From Leptogorgia sarmentosa (lineage: Eukaryota), in contig OZ210885.1 of the NCBI GenBank assembly GCA_964658305.1, positions 7,812,001 through 7,876,000 on the forward strand: a stretch of 64,000 nt of DNA. Direction: 5' to 3'. Shown here piece after piece: positions 1 through 11,633 of the stretch. Position 1 is the first letter of the stretch. Every line of letters begins with the position of its first letter. A program made the position numbers and the translations under genes. The notes under the pieces were generated by a model. That model had not been told where the DNA came from and ran no database searches. It was given only the letters and a program-made list of their open reading frames with translations.

Positions 1-22
1 GGTTCAAATCCTGCCGACTACG
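1..22 (+). tRNA. tRNA-Ser, 3' end only (cut by window edge)
   Basis: GGTTCAAATCCTGCCGACTACG is the T-arm and 3' acceptor strand of eukaryotic tRNA-Ser. Confidence 0.75.
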
Positions 23-326
23 TTATGCAAAGTCTTTAAAATTTTGGCCTCGAAGATAAACATGAATTGTTTTGGGGAAAAACTCGATGACAGGAAGTTG
101 TGTTCTCGGTGGTGGGGGCTGAGTGTTTAAAGTGACAGATTCAATGCCCAAGTTTTCCATCTACAAAATCAACGGAAAGAAGTCGCGTTTTTTATTGCAT
201 TAAGGTTATGAAACATGCCCAAAAAGATTTTGTATTTGAATGTAAAATTGAAAGAACAGAGGTCCGTGAATTGATTATAGCTGCGTTTGAAAGTATATGT
301 ACGTAATTAACCTAGTCGACTACACA

Positions 327-398
327 GGGAGCGTAGCTCAGTGGTAGAGCATTCGACTGCAGATCGAGAGGTCGGTGGTTCAAACCCGCCCATTCCTT
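327..398 (+). tRNA. tRNA-Cys(GCA)
   Basis: 72-nt cloverleaf, anticodon arm TTCGA-CTGCAGA-TCGAG, A and B boxes; one acceptor-stem mismatch. Confidence 0.85.
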
Positions 399-665
399 CT
401 TATCATACCTATAAACTGGAAACCTTTCAAATTCCTCAAAGCGGGCTGATGGGAAATATGTCACCCAAAGGGTTACGATGTATATGCTACGATTCGTGTT
501 AAATATATCCACCAATACTTGAAAACTTTCGAATCCTGGTCTCGGCATCAGTGTCAAACAGCAAAAAGTATTGTATTCACGATTACGAGCATCGTCACCG
601 TTGAAGTTCTGTTTATTATTGCCGTTGGATTTCTTTTCGCATAAAATGAGATTTTTGACCAAAAA

Positions 666-1122
666 TAATAAACAGTTATTGGATGAGGCTGAGCATGATA
701 TCAAGAATTATTCAGACCGAGGTCAATGTTATCTGCCGAAGCGAAGCTGAGGCGGATAACATTGACCGAGGTCTGAACAATTCTTGATATCATGCGAAAG
801 CCGAATCCAATAATTGTTTTATTATACATTTAAAAGACACGGTAATTTGGAGAGTTCACTTTCATTTAGCGAAGCAAATCTGCTGCTGGCCACTGTTTGT
901 TTGTTTTTTCGCGCGCTTTTAGCTTCAAGCTTTTGACAGCGCAAGGGCTTGGGCAAGAGAGAGTCCAATAATATTTCTTTTGGATGCAAGTTCGATCCAA
1001 AAAAATAATTATTGGACGCCGATGACGTCATCGGCGGAAAATACGTAAAAAATGCCGAATACTGAGAATTAGCCGGTGCTTTCTGACCAATCAGGAACGA
1101 GAATAAATATTAAATGTATAAT
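666..1122. mobile_element. Non-autonomous hairpin-ended DNA element, family H1 (possibly Crypton-like)
   Basis: ~150-bp terminal palindrome (AACAGTTATTGGAT...ATCCAATAATTGTT) plus body bounded by TTATTATACATTTA/TAAATGTATAATAA; near-identical copies at 16212, 34975 and 58114. Confidence 0.8.
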
Positions 1123-1171
1123 AATATCCATTATTTTTATATTTCTTTTCGGAAGTTTTTGAATGGAGTCA

Positions 1172-1245
1172 GTCTTTGTGGCGCAATCGGTTAGCGCGTT
1201 CTGCTGTTCACCGAAAGGTTGTTGGTTCGTGTCCAACCAGGGACG
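1172..1245 (+). tRNA. tRNA-Asn(GTT), probably degenerate
   Basis: Full-length Asn sequence with anticodon-stem mismatch and C at position 37. Confidence 0.75.
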
Positions 1246-1367
1246 TGTTTGTTGTGATGTTATTCAGACGTCGTGACGGTAAATGTAACCGAAATTTTTG
1301 CGCGAGGTTTTCTAAGGATTTATGGAATCTTTCAAAAAAGAGAACGTCTTACTTGGTTAATTAACTA

Positions 1368-1439
1368 GGGGTTGCACGGGAATCGAACCCGTGACCTCTC
1401 GCACCCAAAGCGAGAATCATACCACTAGACCAGCAAGCC
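1368..1439 (-). tRNA. tRNA-Pro(TGG)
   Basis: Reverse complement GGCTTGCTGGTCTAGTGGTATGATTCTCGCTTTGGGTGCGAGAGG...; one acceptor mismatch. Confidence 0.85.
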
Positions 1440-2037
1440 ATTGGTGGTATGAAAATGTTCTCTAATGTACTTTGTACTGACGAAGAAAAATTTGGGATTA
1501 ATGTAATATCTCAGCCGTTGTTGTAGCATGCAAAGGAGTAAAAAGAGGAAAGTTATAAAAGAAAGTTCAGTAAGAACCTTTTTTAAAAAAGCTATCTTGG
1601 TGCCGATGCAACTTTCGCTGAAAATATTTGAAAACAAAAATATTCATAATGGAAGGCATTATGTACCATTTAAAAAGCGAGCAGGGAAGGCCGCCTTAAG
1701 AAATTGAATGCCGATATTTTTACACAAGATACCCATTGCAGAAATTGTATATAAGTCGTATCGCGAAGGGGGTCCCCCACAATTTTGGAAACACGCTGAT
1801 GTTGTACTAATTCCGAAAAAAGAACCAGTACGTGATGTTATCATGTTAACCGCCACTTTCGGCCCATTTCGCTTAGTGCGGTTATGTCGAAAGTCGCAGA
1901 GGGCTGAAATGTTTGGCTATGAAACAAGCCAAAAAAGATTTTGTATTTGAATGTTGAAATGAACAAAAAGACGTCCGTGAATTGATTATAGCTGCGTTTG
2001 AAAGTATAGGTACCTAGTTAACCTACTCGACTACAGA

Positions 2038-2109
2038 GGGAGTGTAGCTCAGTGGTAGAGCATTCGACTGCAGATCGAGAGGTCGGTGGTTCAAACCCGC
2101 CCGCTCCTT
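2038..2109 (+). tRNA. tRNA-Cys(GCA)
   Basis: Intact cloverleaf followed by a T-run Pol III terminator. Confidence 0.92.
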
Positions 2110-2203
2110 TTTACCTTTGCTAAAAACTGAAAAACTTTCAAATTCAATAAAGCTGCTTGATGGGAAATATTCGACCCACATACAACGATTCGTGCTAAAT
2201 ATA

Positions 2204-2613
2204 CAGGGGCGCCGGAAGCACGGGGGCAGCGGGGGCAGCTGCCCGCGTTGCCCTTACGGTGCGGGGGCAGTGCGGGGGCAGTGCGGGGGCAGTGCGGGGG
2301 CAGTGCGGGGGCAGTGCGGGGGCAACGCGTTGCCGTTTTCCACATGGAGGATATGAAGGATATTTCATTAATCATGCATTATTAGCGTTAAAAGATGTAA
2401 TTGAGTTTCTTAAATATAATTCAATGTAAAGTAATACGTAAAATAAGATAGGATCGAATTTATTTTATATAAAAACATCTTGTACAGTGTGGTCCAGTAT
2501 CCATATAGGAAAATCTTACCGAACATTACCGCACAGGAACATTTAATGTCTAGAAAAAGGTGCCCTTTTTAAATGACTGCCCCCGCCGCTTCGGGTGGCT
2601 TCCGGCGCCCCTG
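2204..2613. mobile_element. hAT-type MITE
   Basis: 16-bp TIR CAGGGGCGCCGGAAGC, 8-bp TSD TAAATATA; empty paralogous site at ~500-507; internal 11-bp G-rich tandem x6 (2259-2324). Confidence 0.9.
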
Positions 2614-2738
2614 TAAATATATCCACTAATACTTGAAAACGATTAGTCCTGCTGTTAATTACAAAAATATTTCGTTGGATTTTACTGCCAGATTGAAGAT
2701 TTATTCAGTTCGAAGTGCAAGCCAATACTAATGCGAAC

Positions 2739-2795
2739 GTAGTGGTGGCCGAGTGTTTAAGACGACAGACTTGAAATCTGTTGGGAAATTCCCTC
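2739..2795 (+). pseudogene. tRNA-Ser(TGA) 5' fragment
   Basis: GTAGTGGTGGCCGAGTG...ACAGACTTGAAATCTGT, truncated before the T-arm. Confidence 0.75.
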
Positions 2796-3345
2796 ATACA
2801 ATAAAGGAGAAAAAAGAGAAAAGTTATACAAACAAGTTCAGTAAGGGCCTTGTTTAAAAATACAATCTTGGTGCCGACGCAATTTTCGCTGAAAATCTTT
2901 GAAAGCAAAAGTGTTTATACTGGGAAGGCATTATGTAACATTTAAAAAGAAAGCAGGGGAGGCATCGGCCGTTTCGGAAGGCAACGACCGTTTACGAAAG
3001 GGAAATAAGCGGCACCGATGAAAGAGTTTACTCGTTTACTTTCGAATAGTCAACAAATAATACTTGATAGTAATGCCTGCGCAGGATTTTCAAGTCTGGG
3101 AAATTCAGATTTTTAAAATCTTACTAACACAAGTAAATCAACGGGACCGGATGGTATCTATGCTATTTCACTTCAGGAAGCCTTTCGATCTGATAGGTCA
3201 GCGTCTATTAGTTCACAACCTAGGAGCGTACTGATTATATAATTTCTCTTTAGTAAACATTCTCATCGTTTGAAGTGGTGTCTTTCGTTGTACAAGAAAG
3301 GAAGAAACGTGAAACAACTCGGAAACGTTGTCATGATCGTGTTAA

Positions 3346-3417
3346 GGTTCTGTGGTGTAATGGTTAGCACTTTGGACTTTGAATCCAGCGATCCGAGTTC
3401 AAGTCTCGGCATAGCCT
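3346..3417 (+). tRNA. tRNA-Gln(TTG)
   Basis: 72-nt Gln cloverleaf; acceptor mismatch relative to the 19824 copy. Confidence 0.85.
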
Positions 3418-3680
3418 ATTTTAGGCATTACATTTGATTTTTTTATAATGCAGCGAATTGTATTACCTTTCTCTTCCACCATTCATTTGGCAATTCAGAG
3501 TTAATTGAAACAAATTGATCCAAGAACAAAATTAATGTGAAAGTGAACTTGATAATTTAATTACTGAAGGAATACTCGTATTCGGCTCACGTCAGTTGTC
3601 AAGAGAAAATCAGAACGAGATGTGGCATGTTGAAGGTAGCAAAGAATAAATGTGGTAGGAAATTCCATGTTTTCATGCGT

Positions 3681-3804
3681 GTCAGGATGGTCGAGCGGTC
3701 TAAGGCGCCAGACTCAAGTGCAACAACTTGTCACGACCAACCTTGACATAATAGGGCGTTCTGGTCCACACATGTGGTCGTGGGTTCGAATCCCACTGCT
3801 GACA
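3681..3804 (+). tRNA. tRNA-Leu(CAA) with 40-nt intron (3719-3758)
   Basis: GTCAGGATGG...CCAGACTCAAG|intron|TTCTGG...GGTTCGAATCCCACTGCTGACA; canonical 37/38 intron position. Confidence 0.88.
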
Positions 3805-3944
3805 ACAATTAACAAAAAAATTGAGAACATTTCTTTTCAGAGCTGATCTATTTACACAAATTCGATATCACCAAGGAATGTTTCTGGTTTTTACTGAAAA
3901 ATTCCGAAGAAAAAAAATTCTCCATTTAAAGAATCTCATATGTA

Positions 3945-4017
3945 TGTTTCCGCCCAGGTTCGAACTGAGGACCTTGCGCGTGTTAAGCGCATGTGATAAC
4001 CCCTACACTACGGAAAC
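3945..4017 (-). tRNA. tRNA-Val(AAC)
   Basis: 73-nt cloverleaf, anticodon arm TGCGC-TTAACAC-GCGCA. Confidence 0.9.
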
Positions 4018-4131
4018 TGACATATGCGCAACCAAATAGAAGTGGATGTATTCACTTTAATGAAATTTTTTCGTTTTTTACTGAAAAATTCCAATGAAAA
4101 AAATATCTGCAGTTAACAAAGCTCATATGCA

Positions 4132-4204
4132 TGTTTCCGCCCAGGTTCAAACTGAGGACCTTGCGCGTGTAAGGCGCACGTGATAACCACTACACTACGG
4201 AAAC
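4132..4204 (-). tRNA. tRNA-Val(TAC)
   Basis: 73-nt cloverleaf, loop CTTACAC; B box reads TTT instead of TTC. Confidence 0.8.
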
Positions 4205-4575
4205 GAATTGGAAGAAAATTACAAAACAGAGACTAAGTTTCGGAGATGTGAAGTCCTTCCAGTGTGATACGCATGCAGTGACCAGTGCACTACACGAAAT
4301 GTATACCAAACCCTCAATTTCACCATCGAAAACGCTAACAAGATAACACAAAAATAAAATAAACACAGTATTTCCGTTGACCATTCAAATTTCCCAATGG
4401 TATTAAAATCGTTTGTTTTTAACTGAGATTATAGAAAAAATTGTAATAACATAATGTATACCTCTTTCACGTATTTGGGTCAGGTAAATTCTCAAGGGAA
4501 AGAATTAGAACGGGGTGTGGCATGTTGAAGGCAGCAAAGAATAAATGTGGTAGGAAATTCCATGTTTTCATGCGT

Positions 4576-4598
4576 GTCAGGATGGCCGAGCGGTCTAA
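4576..4598 (+). pseudogene. tRNA-Leu 5' fragment
   Basis: GTCAGGATGGCCGAGCGGTCTAA preceded by the same upstream flank as the 3681 gene. Confidence 0.7.
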
Positions 4599-4749
4599 TA
4601 TAAAAATATATTTATTCAGTTTAATTAGATATCTATTATCCGAAATTTGTGGTGCCATTTCGTGGTTCCAATATAATTATTTCCAAATAACAAATTTAAA
4701 ATGAAAGCAGAAACACTTTCCGCCCTCAGTCGCTGAATTATTGATTCCT

Positions 4750-4822
4750 TGTTTCTGCCCAGGATTGAACTGGGGACCTTGCGCGTGTGAGGCGCACGTT
4801 ATAACCACTACACTACGGAATC
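4750..4822 (-). tRNA. tRNA-Val(CAC), degenerate
   Basis: Full length, loop CTCACAC, several stem and B-box substitutions. Confidence 0.75.
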
Positions 4823-4911
4823 GAATTGGTACAAAATTAAAAAACAGAGACAAAATTCTGGAGAAGAGCATCGATACAACAAAAAATTTGAAACAAATTC
4901 ATTGGAGATGC

Positions 4912-4983
4912 AGGTCCTTGCCAGATTTCAACTGGGGTTCTTGCCGTGTTAGAAGCGTGTAGTAACCAGTGCACTACAAGAAA
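4912..4983 (-). pseudogene. Highly decayed tRNA-Val-like remnant
   Basis: Colinear but degenerate match to the neighbouring Val genes. Confidence 0.5.
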
Positions 4984-5154
4984 TGTATAGCAATCCCTCA
5001 ATTTCACCCTCCCAAACACTAACAATATAATACAAAAATAACATAAACACAGTATTTCCGATGACCATTGAAAATTCGCAATGGTATTAAAACCGTTCGA
5101 TTTTAACTACAATTGATTGAAAAAGTTCCAATAAATTAACGAGTTAATGAACTA

Positions 5155-5199
5155 GGGCTTGCACGGGAATCGAACCCGTGACCTCTAGACCAACAAGCC
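5155..5199 (-). pseudogene. tRNA-Pro with anticodon arm deleted
   Basis: Both ends of the Pro gene joined across a 27-nt deletion at a CT microhomology. Confidence 0.8.
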
Positions 5200-5310
5200 A
5201 TTGTTGGCATCAAAATGTTTTCTAATGTGCTTTGTACTGACAGAGAAAAATGGGGGATTAATGTAATATCTCAGCGGTTCCAAAACATTTTCCATTGTTG
5301 CAGCGACGTC

Positions 5311-5385
5311 GCTGTGATCGTATAGTGGTTAGTAGTACATTGCGTTGTGGCCGCAATAACCCAGGTTCGAATCCTGGTCACGGCA
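5311..5385 (+). tRNA. tRNA-His(GTG) with 3-nt duplication in the D arm
   Basis: GCTGTGATCGTATAGTGG...TTGCGTTGTGGCCGCAA...GGTTCGAATCCTGGTCACGGCA. Confidence 0.8.
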
Positions 5386-5467
5386 TCTGTTTTATACAGC
5401 CAAAAGTATTGTAGCTAATTACCATTACGGACGTCGTCACCGTTGAAGTTCTGTTTATTATTACATG

Positions 5468-5517
5468 CTAGAATTCTGTTGGGAGTTTCCCACGCAGGTC
5501 CAAATCCTGCTGACTAC
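5468..5517 (+). pseudogene. tRNA-Ser(AGA) 3' fragment
   Basis: Variable arm, T-arm and acceptor of Ser; downstream flank matches positions 23-220. Confidence 0.7.
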
Positions 5518-6178
5518 TTTATGCAAAGTCTAAACATGAATTTTTTTTGGAAACTCGATGAGAGGAAGTTCTGTTCTCGGTGGTAGTGGCTGAATGTTTA
5601 AAGTGACAGATTCAATGTACAAGTTTTCCATCCACAAAATCAACGGAATGAAGTCTTGTTTTTATTGTATTAAGGTTATGAAACATGGCAAGAATTATTT
5701 TCTATTTGTGTTGCAATTGAAATTGAAATGCAACGAAATAAAAATATTCTGTTGCCCGTCGGTAAAACAAAAATATATTACAGCCTCCGGCTCAAACGAG
5801 TCGCGCCACTGCACTCGTTGGGTGACGAGAGGAGACATGTTAAGAATTAATGTCCGGAAAGGATATCGCGTGTTGGTTTTCTGTCATTTTTTGGCATTTT
5901 GTTTGTTTTTTTTTCAAGCTTTTTTTCTCAGCATTTTGTTGTTAGGGTCAGAATTACTGTTTGGGCCTGGATTAGAAAAACAAAAAGAAAAAGAAAAGAC
6001 CATATTTTCTGTTTAGAGTCAGAATTGGATCAGTGCTTGGTAACCAAGCCGCGAAATGATCCCAAAAAAATTTCTGCTTGGGGCACAAGGTCGTGATATT
6101 GTTAAACTGGTCTGTTTTCAGAGAATGAGTTTGACGATTTGAACAGAAACTATTTCAAATTCAAATTTTCAGAAAGAA

Positions 6179-6250
6179 TTCCAATGCTGGGAATCGAACC
6201 CGGGCCATGGCGGTAAAAGCGCTGGATTCAAACCAGAGAACCACACCATG
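6179..6250 (-). pseudogene. tRNA-Glu-like pseudogene
   Basis: Intact T-arm GGCCCGGGTTCGATTCCC; degenerate D arm; anticodon reads TTT, likely decayed TTC. Confidence 0.65.
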
Positions 6251-6622
6251 GTAGTGACAATTTGTGGATCATTTGTTACATGTGAAAAGAAACGTGCAAG
6301 TTTTGGCAGAGCCTATTTTTGAATATTTTGTAATGCAGCGAATTTTATTGCCTTTCCCTTCCACCATCCATGTTGCAATTCAGAGTTAATCGAATCAAAT
6401 TGATCCAAGAGACAGATTAATGACAAGTTGAGCTTGTTATTTTAATTACTGAGGGGACACTAAGGGATAGAAACCAATGCAAAAACGAGGGTAAAATTAG
6501 AATATTGTTAATTTTACTTTCTTCCGTTGGGGGTTAAATTATGAATTTTAACAAATAATAGAGAGGAAGCATCACGTTTTAAAACTAACGTCAGCTCAAA
6601 ACAGCCATGAACAACGAAAATT

Positions 6623-6704
6623 TGGCAGCGGTGGGATTCGAACCCACGTCATCGAAATGACTGGTGCCTAAAACCAGCGCCTTAGACCACTCGGCCACGC
6701 TACC
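6623..6704 (-). tRNA. tRNA-Leu(TAG)
   Basis: Intact 82-nt cloverleaf with variable arm, anticodon arm CTGGT-TTTAGGC-ACCAG. Confidence 0.93.
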
Positions 6705-6822
6705 TGTGACGTGCTGACAATATAATTTCTTTTTAGTAAACATCCACATCGTTTGAAGAGATTCCTTTCGCTATCAACGAAACGTAGAAATGTGAAACAA
6801 TGGGGAAATATTGTCGTGCTAA

Positions 6823-6840
6823 GGTTCTGTGGTGTAATGG
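6823..6840 (+). pseudogene. tRNA-Gln 5' stub marking the end of the left tRNA arm
   Basis: GGTTCTGTGGTGTAATGG then abrupt switch to unrelated sequence. Confidence 0.65.
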
Positions 6841-7130
6841 CTGCAGGTTCTCTTAGCTGGTAAATAACATAAAATATATATCCCTAGCTATATATTTATA
6901 TCCCTACCTTGAAATTAAAAATATTTGAAGATACTTTTGCCTCTTGTATTTACCTTATTTTAGTAGTGATTCCAGTCATTCACTACCGGTGAACCAAACA
7001 CAAATTCGTTTTCATTAATTTTGTCGCTGAAATCGCCGTAGATGCCATCCCAGGCTTTGCAACTTCAAAAATTTTCTGGGGAAGAATACCCCCATAGCGT
7101 GACACCTGCACAAGCACAAGCAGCTTAAAA

Positions 7131-7305
7131 CACTACATAGGCATGTCAGCAAGAACATTTAAAGAGCGATATGGAAACCACATTAAGTCTTTTAACCACA
7201 AAAGTTACTCAAATTAAACAAAACTTTCGAAATATATTTGGGGACTAAAAAATAAAAAGATAGATTTCGACATTAATTAATACGTGGTCAATAATTGAAC
7301 AGAGT
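7131..7305 (+). pseudogene. Penelope-like retroelement GIY-YIG endonuclease relic
   Basis: Translates HYIGMSARTFKERYGNHIKSFNHKSYSN*TKLSKYIWGLKNKKIDF: YIG...R...H pattern of PLE endonucleases, with an in-frame stop. Confidence 0.7.
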
Positions 7306-8258
7306 ATTTCGTATACGGGATATATATTTCATCACTTCTAAAAACCTGGGAAGATTTTTTCATGATACGAAGATAGACTAATTCAGTAATGTAATATTGG
7401 CCAGTTTTTGAAAAGCTTCGGAAATATATCTTTCACGTGATATGATGATACGAAGTTGGACTATATTTACGTATCGTATTATACATTGTAGGTAAAACAG
7501 TATTATGTCAATGGACATAAAAACAAAACGCAAATGTGTCGATAGATAATCAGCAAGTAGCAAGGGCCGAAGTCCCTGCATCTGTGAGCTGTCAAACTTG
7601 GCACTATATTTATCTAACTAAGCCAAAGATAATACATAGCGACAGGGATTATAAACACGAGATGTAAAATGAAATAAAGTTGGATCTAATTAACATTTTT
7701 CGTGACACTGTATGGACTGACAACTGCATAGATACATACAAACTGCTAGTAAATACACATTGTCTGAATGAACATGCCAAACATTTCTGAAACGAACATG
7801 CCACCTTTGCGTCTCCCTTTTGACACAACCAACCGAAGCGCAGTCCGAGTCTCCTTCTGATCTCTATGTGTGACTGCTGGCTACCATTTCAGCACTCACG
7901 CACCGGTGGTGAAAGAGTGCTACCGGGCAGCTAGGTGAGCGAGCGCATGATAAAAGCGGGGAAGAGAAAGTTCGCCGGCAACGTCGTCTCCCTGGAAATA
8001 AAACAACCACGTTGGTTTCAACCAGTGATATTTGTTCAAATCCTGAGCGCTAAATTCTTCGCATTAAGATTATCACTAAAAAACGTTTTAAAAAATAAAG
8101 ACAATAAGATTGTTATAAAACTACTCTTTTGTTGTATCATCTGTGAAGCGATGTATAGTTTTAGTTGATTGAGCCATTCCATGAAAGAACAAAGCTAGTG
8201 ATAAAAACTTTGACGACGTGAAATCACGCATGCGCTATAAACTGAAAATTGAATATTA

Positions 8259-8686
8259 CCTTTCGGGCGGCCACGTCCCGTAATCTTAAGGTCGCTTTTC
8301 TCTGTTAAAATATGGCTCGAAATAGCAAGTCAATCGCCTCCGGGCGAAGAATTGAAGAATCGAAGACAATAGGACTCGAAGAATCGAAGACAATGGGACT
8401 CGAAGAATCGAAGACAATAAGACTTGAAGAATCGGAGAGTTGAAGAATCGAAGAGTTGAAGAATCGAAGAGTTGAAGAATCGAAGAGTTGAAGAATCGAA
8501 GAGTTGAAGAAGTGTTGTGAATTCCGTACGTGTTCGTCATTCGTTCGTGCATCGTTTTGCCTTGATTTAGGAAGCAGTACTCTTCGTGTTCGTGCCTGTT
8601 TGCGGGGCCCTCTAGGGGGTAACGCTAAGGCGGTAGTCTTTATTTCCAACCTTGCTGCGTGCTTCTGTTGTCAGGTTGACTGAAAC
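8259..8686 (+). repeat. Left arm of a composite inverted repeat: segment A + GAAGAATCGAAGAGTT minisatellite + segment B
   Basis: A is inverted at 14650-14737; B is inverted at 11730-11960 (ORFs 8305-8649 minus and 11776-11985 plus are near identical). Confidence 0.85.
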
Positions 8687-9598
8687 CTGACGTCCCAGTT
8701 CCTCTTATCTTTTGTCCGTGTATTGAGAAATTAGATCCTCGTTTGCCACGCATAGTGTGGGCCATAGCGTACTCAGTTAATAAGTTGTTTCGAGACTGGG
8801 ATCTCGTTTAAGCGTACATTAGGATAGTTAAGCGGATACGAACGTGAGGAAGGCTCTAATCCATCTTACTATAGCTGAGCGTACGTTCAATTTTTGCAAC
8901 TCGGCGATTACAGACTAGTGTGATTATCGACTAAGTCGAATTTACTATAATACGGAAAGAATGCTCCGATTCAAACGTGTAAAAAATACTCAAAACTTCC
9001 AACCTTATTTATAAGACAAAATATTCAAAACTTCCAACCTTAAGACAAATATATTGAATTTTTCTCTTACCAGGGCAAGGCCCTCGTAGCTTTGGCTACT
9101 GGCTTTACATTGCTTAGCCTCCTTTTAGAAAATTTACAAAATTTGAGATGTATACAAATTTTATATACAAAATTTGAGATGTATAAGCTCCAGGAACATA
9201 ATTCAAGCTCTGAAAATGAAATGCAGTTTTTATCTCCCGTTTACCGAGGACATACTGTAACATTACGCCACTCTCACAGCGCTTCATTTCAATTGAACGT
9301 TTTCCGCTTTACACGAATTGCAAAATAAAAAGGATGGGGCTCATTAACAACTTGAAAACATGGTTGGATAATAACTGACGCTTTTGGGATCTTGGCTCAA
9401 TTTCTCACAAAACCTGTGAGATCAAGCAGTTGAAATTTGAATTCAGTCACAATTCAGTTATAAAGCTGCGTTTAAAACACCAAAACCAGCATCTGTAATG
9501 CATCGGACTAATCGGACTAATTTCCACAGAATTTATTTCATATCAATACTAAACTTCCTTTCTCGTGTCATCCACAGTTAAATGTTCCAATTCCTTTC

Positions 9599-9835
9599 TT
9601 ATACTCGATATGGACCTCTTCCAAACACAGCACGTTCCTCGTTTCGCTGTTTTGTCTGTATGATTTTCTTTATCTTCTCCACAAACTCGTGGAGCTTGCT
9701 TGCATGAAAATTGAGATCATGCTTGATCATAAAATAGGCGGATTCGGAATCATTATTCTTGAACTCCATCGGAGGATTTCCTAATCCGGCGTCGACTCGA
9801 ACGGGTTTTAACATCGAGTTTTTCATCTCATTTGC
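9599..9835 (-). pseudogene. Transposase fragment, MULE/SWIM-like
   Basis: EMKNSMLKPVRVDAGLGNPP..NNDSES resembles the catalytic-E region of invertebrate MULE-type transposases (recognised from memory, not searched). Confidence 0.5.
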
Positions 9836-10897
9836 CTAAAAAACAGGAAAATACACATACTCGAATGTAAATGAATATATTTTTCTTTCCGCGATCACAT
9901 TGAACAATCCAGCATTTGTTGAGTTTTCTATTGCATGCTATTAGAAAGTATTTTTGATAGTAGTATTTAAAATTTTAGCACAATTGGTAGCTATAAATCG
10001 TAAAGTGGCCTTAAAACCTTTAAGGGTGAAGACATGCAAATTAGCGACATACTTTTGACAAATACGGTGAACTATATAGATCTTGCATCGAGTGATGGCT
10101 GATGATATCTTTTTGTTGTAAACTCAAACGATTGTTCATTTCTAATATATAGAAGTTTACCATCCATTAATTAATAGTATTTAAATATGACAAGTTTCGG
10201 CGTCAAATGCACACAATATTTTTGTCCTACTGTCCTACTGACCTCCAAGCCGCTGACCGTGCATCCGCCCGGCCTTCAAAGAGGAAATCCAACATCTCCG
10301 GCTTCACTGCATCCTTCAACTGCATGAAAGAATTCGTTGTTCTCCATTTCCGTGATCTTTTTGGATGGTGGTTAGTCCTTCGTTTCATATCATTGTTCAC
10401 CAGAATGAACGCAGTCGTGGTGAGGAGTGCGGGTGCGAAATAGCCAATGGAACTGCCAACCAAGATTGCCTTGTTTCGGAAAAATGTTAGGACGTCTCTT
10501 GGAAAAAGGCTTGAATAGGAATAGTGTTTTCTCGAAACGCGCCTTTCAAGGGATGTCCAAGTACTTTCGTGCTGTCGAGCGACATTTGTCAAAGGATTAA
10601 AATAAAAAACACAATCGTATTGTCCGATATTTAATACGAGTAAATTGTAATTAACTGAAACAATATATACAAATGAAAACAACCTAAGTTCAAAAATAAT
10701 TTCAATCCCAAAAATTTTAACGGTTTGAAAAACGTTTTCGTGAAGCCGTTCAAACGGTATACTTTGAAACGTTTCTCGACACAGTCATTCAGTCAAACGC
10801 TTTTGTGAGCAAGCTTTAAAACTTAAGAATTGCAAATGGCAACAACATTGCCACAAAATTTAGCTATATAACTCGGTAGTACTATACCGCCTATATG

Positions 10898-11106
10898 GCG
10901 CCGGAAGTAATTAGTATGCAGAAGTGTGTCCAAGATAGCGCCGGAAGTAAATAGTATGCAGAAGTGTGTCCAAGATAGCGCCGGAAGTAAATAGTATGCA
11001 GTGCGCGCCGGAAGTAAATAGTATGCATTAGGAATATAGCGGAAAAAGTAATTAGTATGCGCGCCAGAGGTAATTAATATACAGGAGCGAGTAATTAGTA
11101 TCGGTG
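10898..11106. repeat. 40-bp tandem and degenerate repeats with GCGCCGGAAGT and AGTAA(A/T)TAGTATG motifs
   Basis: Units start at 10898, 10938 and 10978, then degenerate. Confidence 0.85.
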
Positions 11107-11137
11107 TATTATTAACATTTTCAAAAAATATTTGCAG

Positions 11138-11593
11138 TTAAATGGAGTGCCAGAGGCATCCACAGTGTGTAATTTCTCCGCACTCTATGGAGAAATTGAA
11201 AGTTAATCGTTTGAATGTTTCTTTTACAGTGTCTACACATTTTTTGTGCACATGTGTCCCGCAGCAGTCGGTTTCTTGCAGCTCTTCGTCTTCGTTTTTC
11301 GTTTTCAAACACAACCAGCATAGTTCTTTATTTGGAAACGCCGTTCGACAGTGGCCGCATCTCACGGTTCCGGGCGTTGTGCTTCTTGCTGCCCACTGTT
11401 GAAAACACTCAGGATGGGCTCTTTGACGGCAGCAGTCCATGGTCATGGCCAACATTTCGTTTAATTCGATGTCTTCATAGCAGAAGTAGCACCGCCCTTT
11501 CTCGTCTTTATTTTCTGTTAGGATTCCAAAGAGAGGAATGATGGTTGTGTACATCTCGTCTTCTGGTTCTGGTAGAACGCCAATCTTTTCCAT
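11138..11593 (-). CDS. Intronless tandem RING-variant zinc-finger protein (151 aa), possibly virus- or Polinton-derived
   Basis: CxxC..CC..HxxC..W..CxxC followed by a second CxxC..CC..HxxC unit; ATG start. Confidence 0.7.
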   Translation of the reverse strand: MEKIGVLPEPEDEMYTTIIPLFGILTENKDEKGRCYFCYEDIELNEMLAMTMDCCRQRAHPECFQQWAARSTTPGTVRCGHCRTAFPNKELCWLCLKTKNEDEELQETDCCGTHVHKKCVDTVKETFKRLTFNFSIECGEITHCGCLWHSI

Positions 11594-11603
11594 TTCGATG
11601 TGT

Positions 11604-11633
11604 GACTGATGTTGATGAGGAAATGTATTTATA
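11604..11633 (-). promoter_or_regulatory. TATA box + initiator for the RING ORF
   Basis: Minus strand TATAAATA (11633-11626) with TCAGTC ~24 nt downstream, then ATG 10 nt later. Confidence 0.55.

Noticed and set aside
822..1031. Recurrent 66-69 aa ORF (also at 16335, 35128, 58851)
   Set aside because: Lies within repeat H1; no domain, and copies differ by frameshifts
2091..2375. Pro/Gly-rich ORFs
   Set aside because: Artefact of the G-rich 11-bp tandem
6179..6250. Glu-body tRNA with TTT anticodon as a recoding tRNA
   Set aside because: D arm and anticodon stem are broken, so it is a pseudogene
7876..7947. GC-rich stem or pseudoknot resembling a ribozyme
   Set aside because: Pairings exist but I could not fit an HDV, twister or hammerhead core
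8286..8649. Repetitive ORFs (SSILQLFD, SSSPIVFD)
   Set aside because: Translations of the 16/23-bp minisatellite
10227..10682. 151-aa minus-strand ORF
   Set aside because: Non-ATG start, no recognisable motif; probably TE debris
10898..11030. CRISPR-like repeat array
   Set aside because: The intervening sequences are identical (simple 40-bp tandem), there are no cas genes, and the context is eukaryotic
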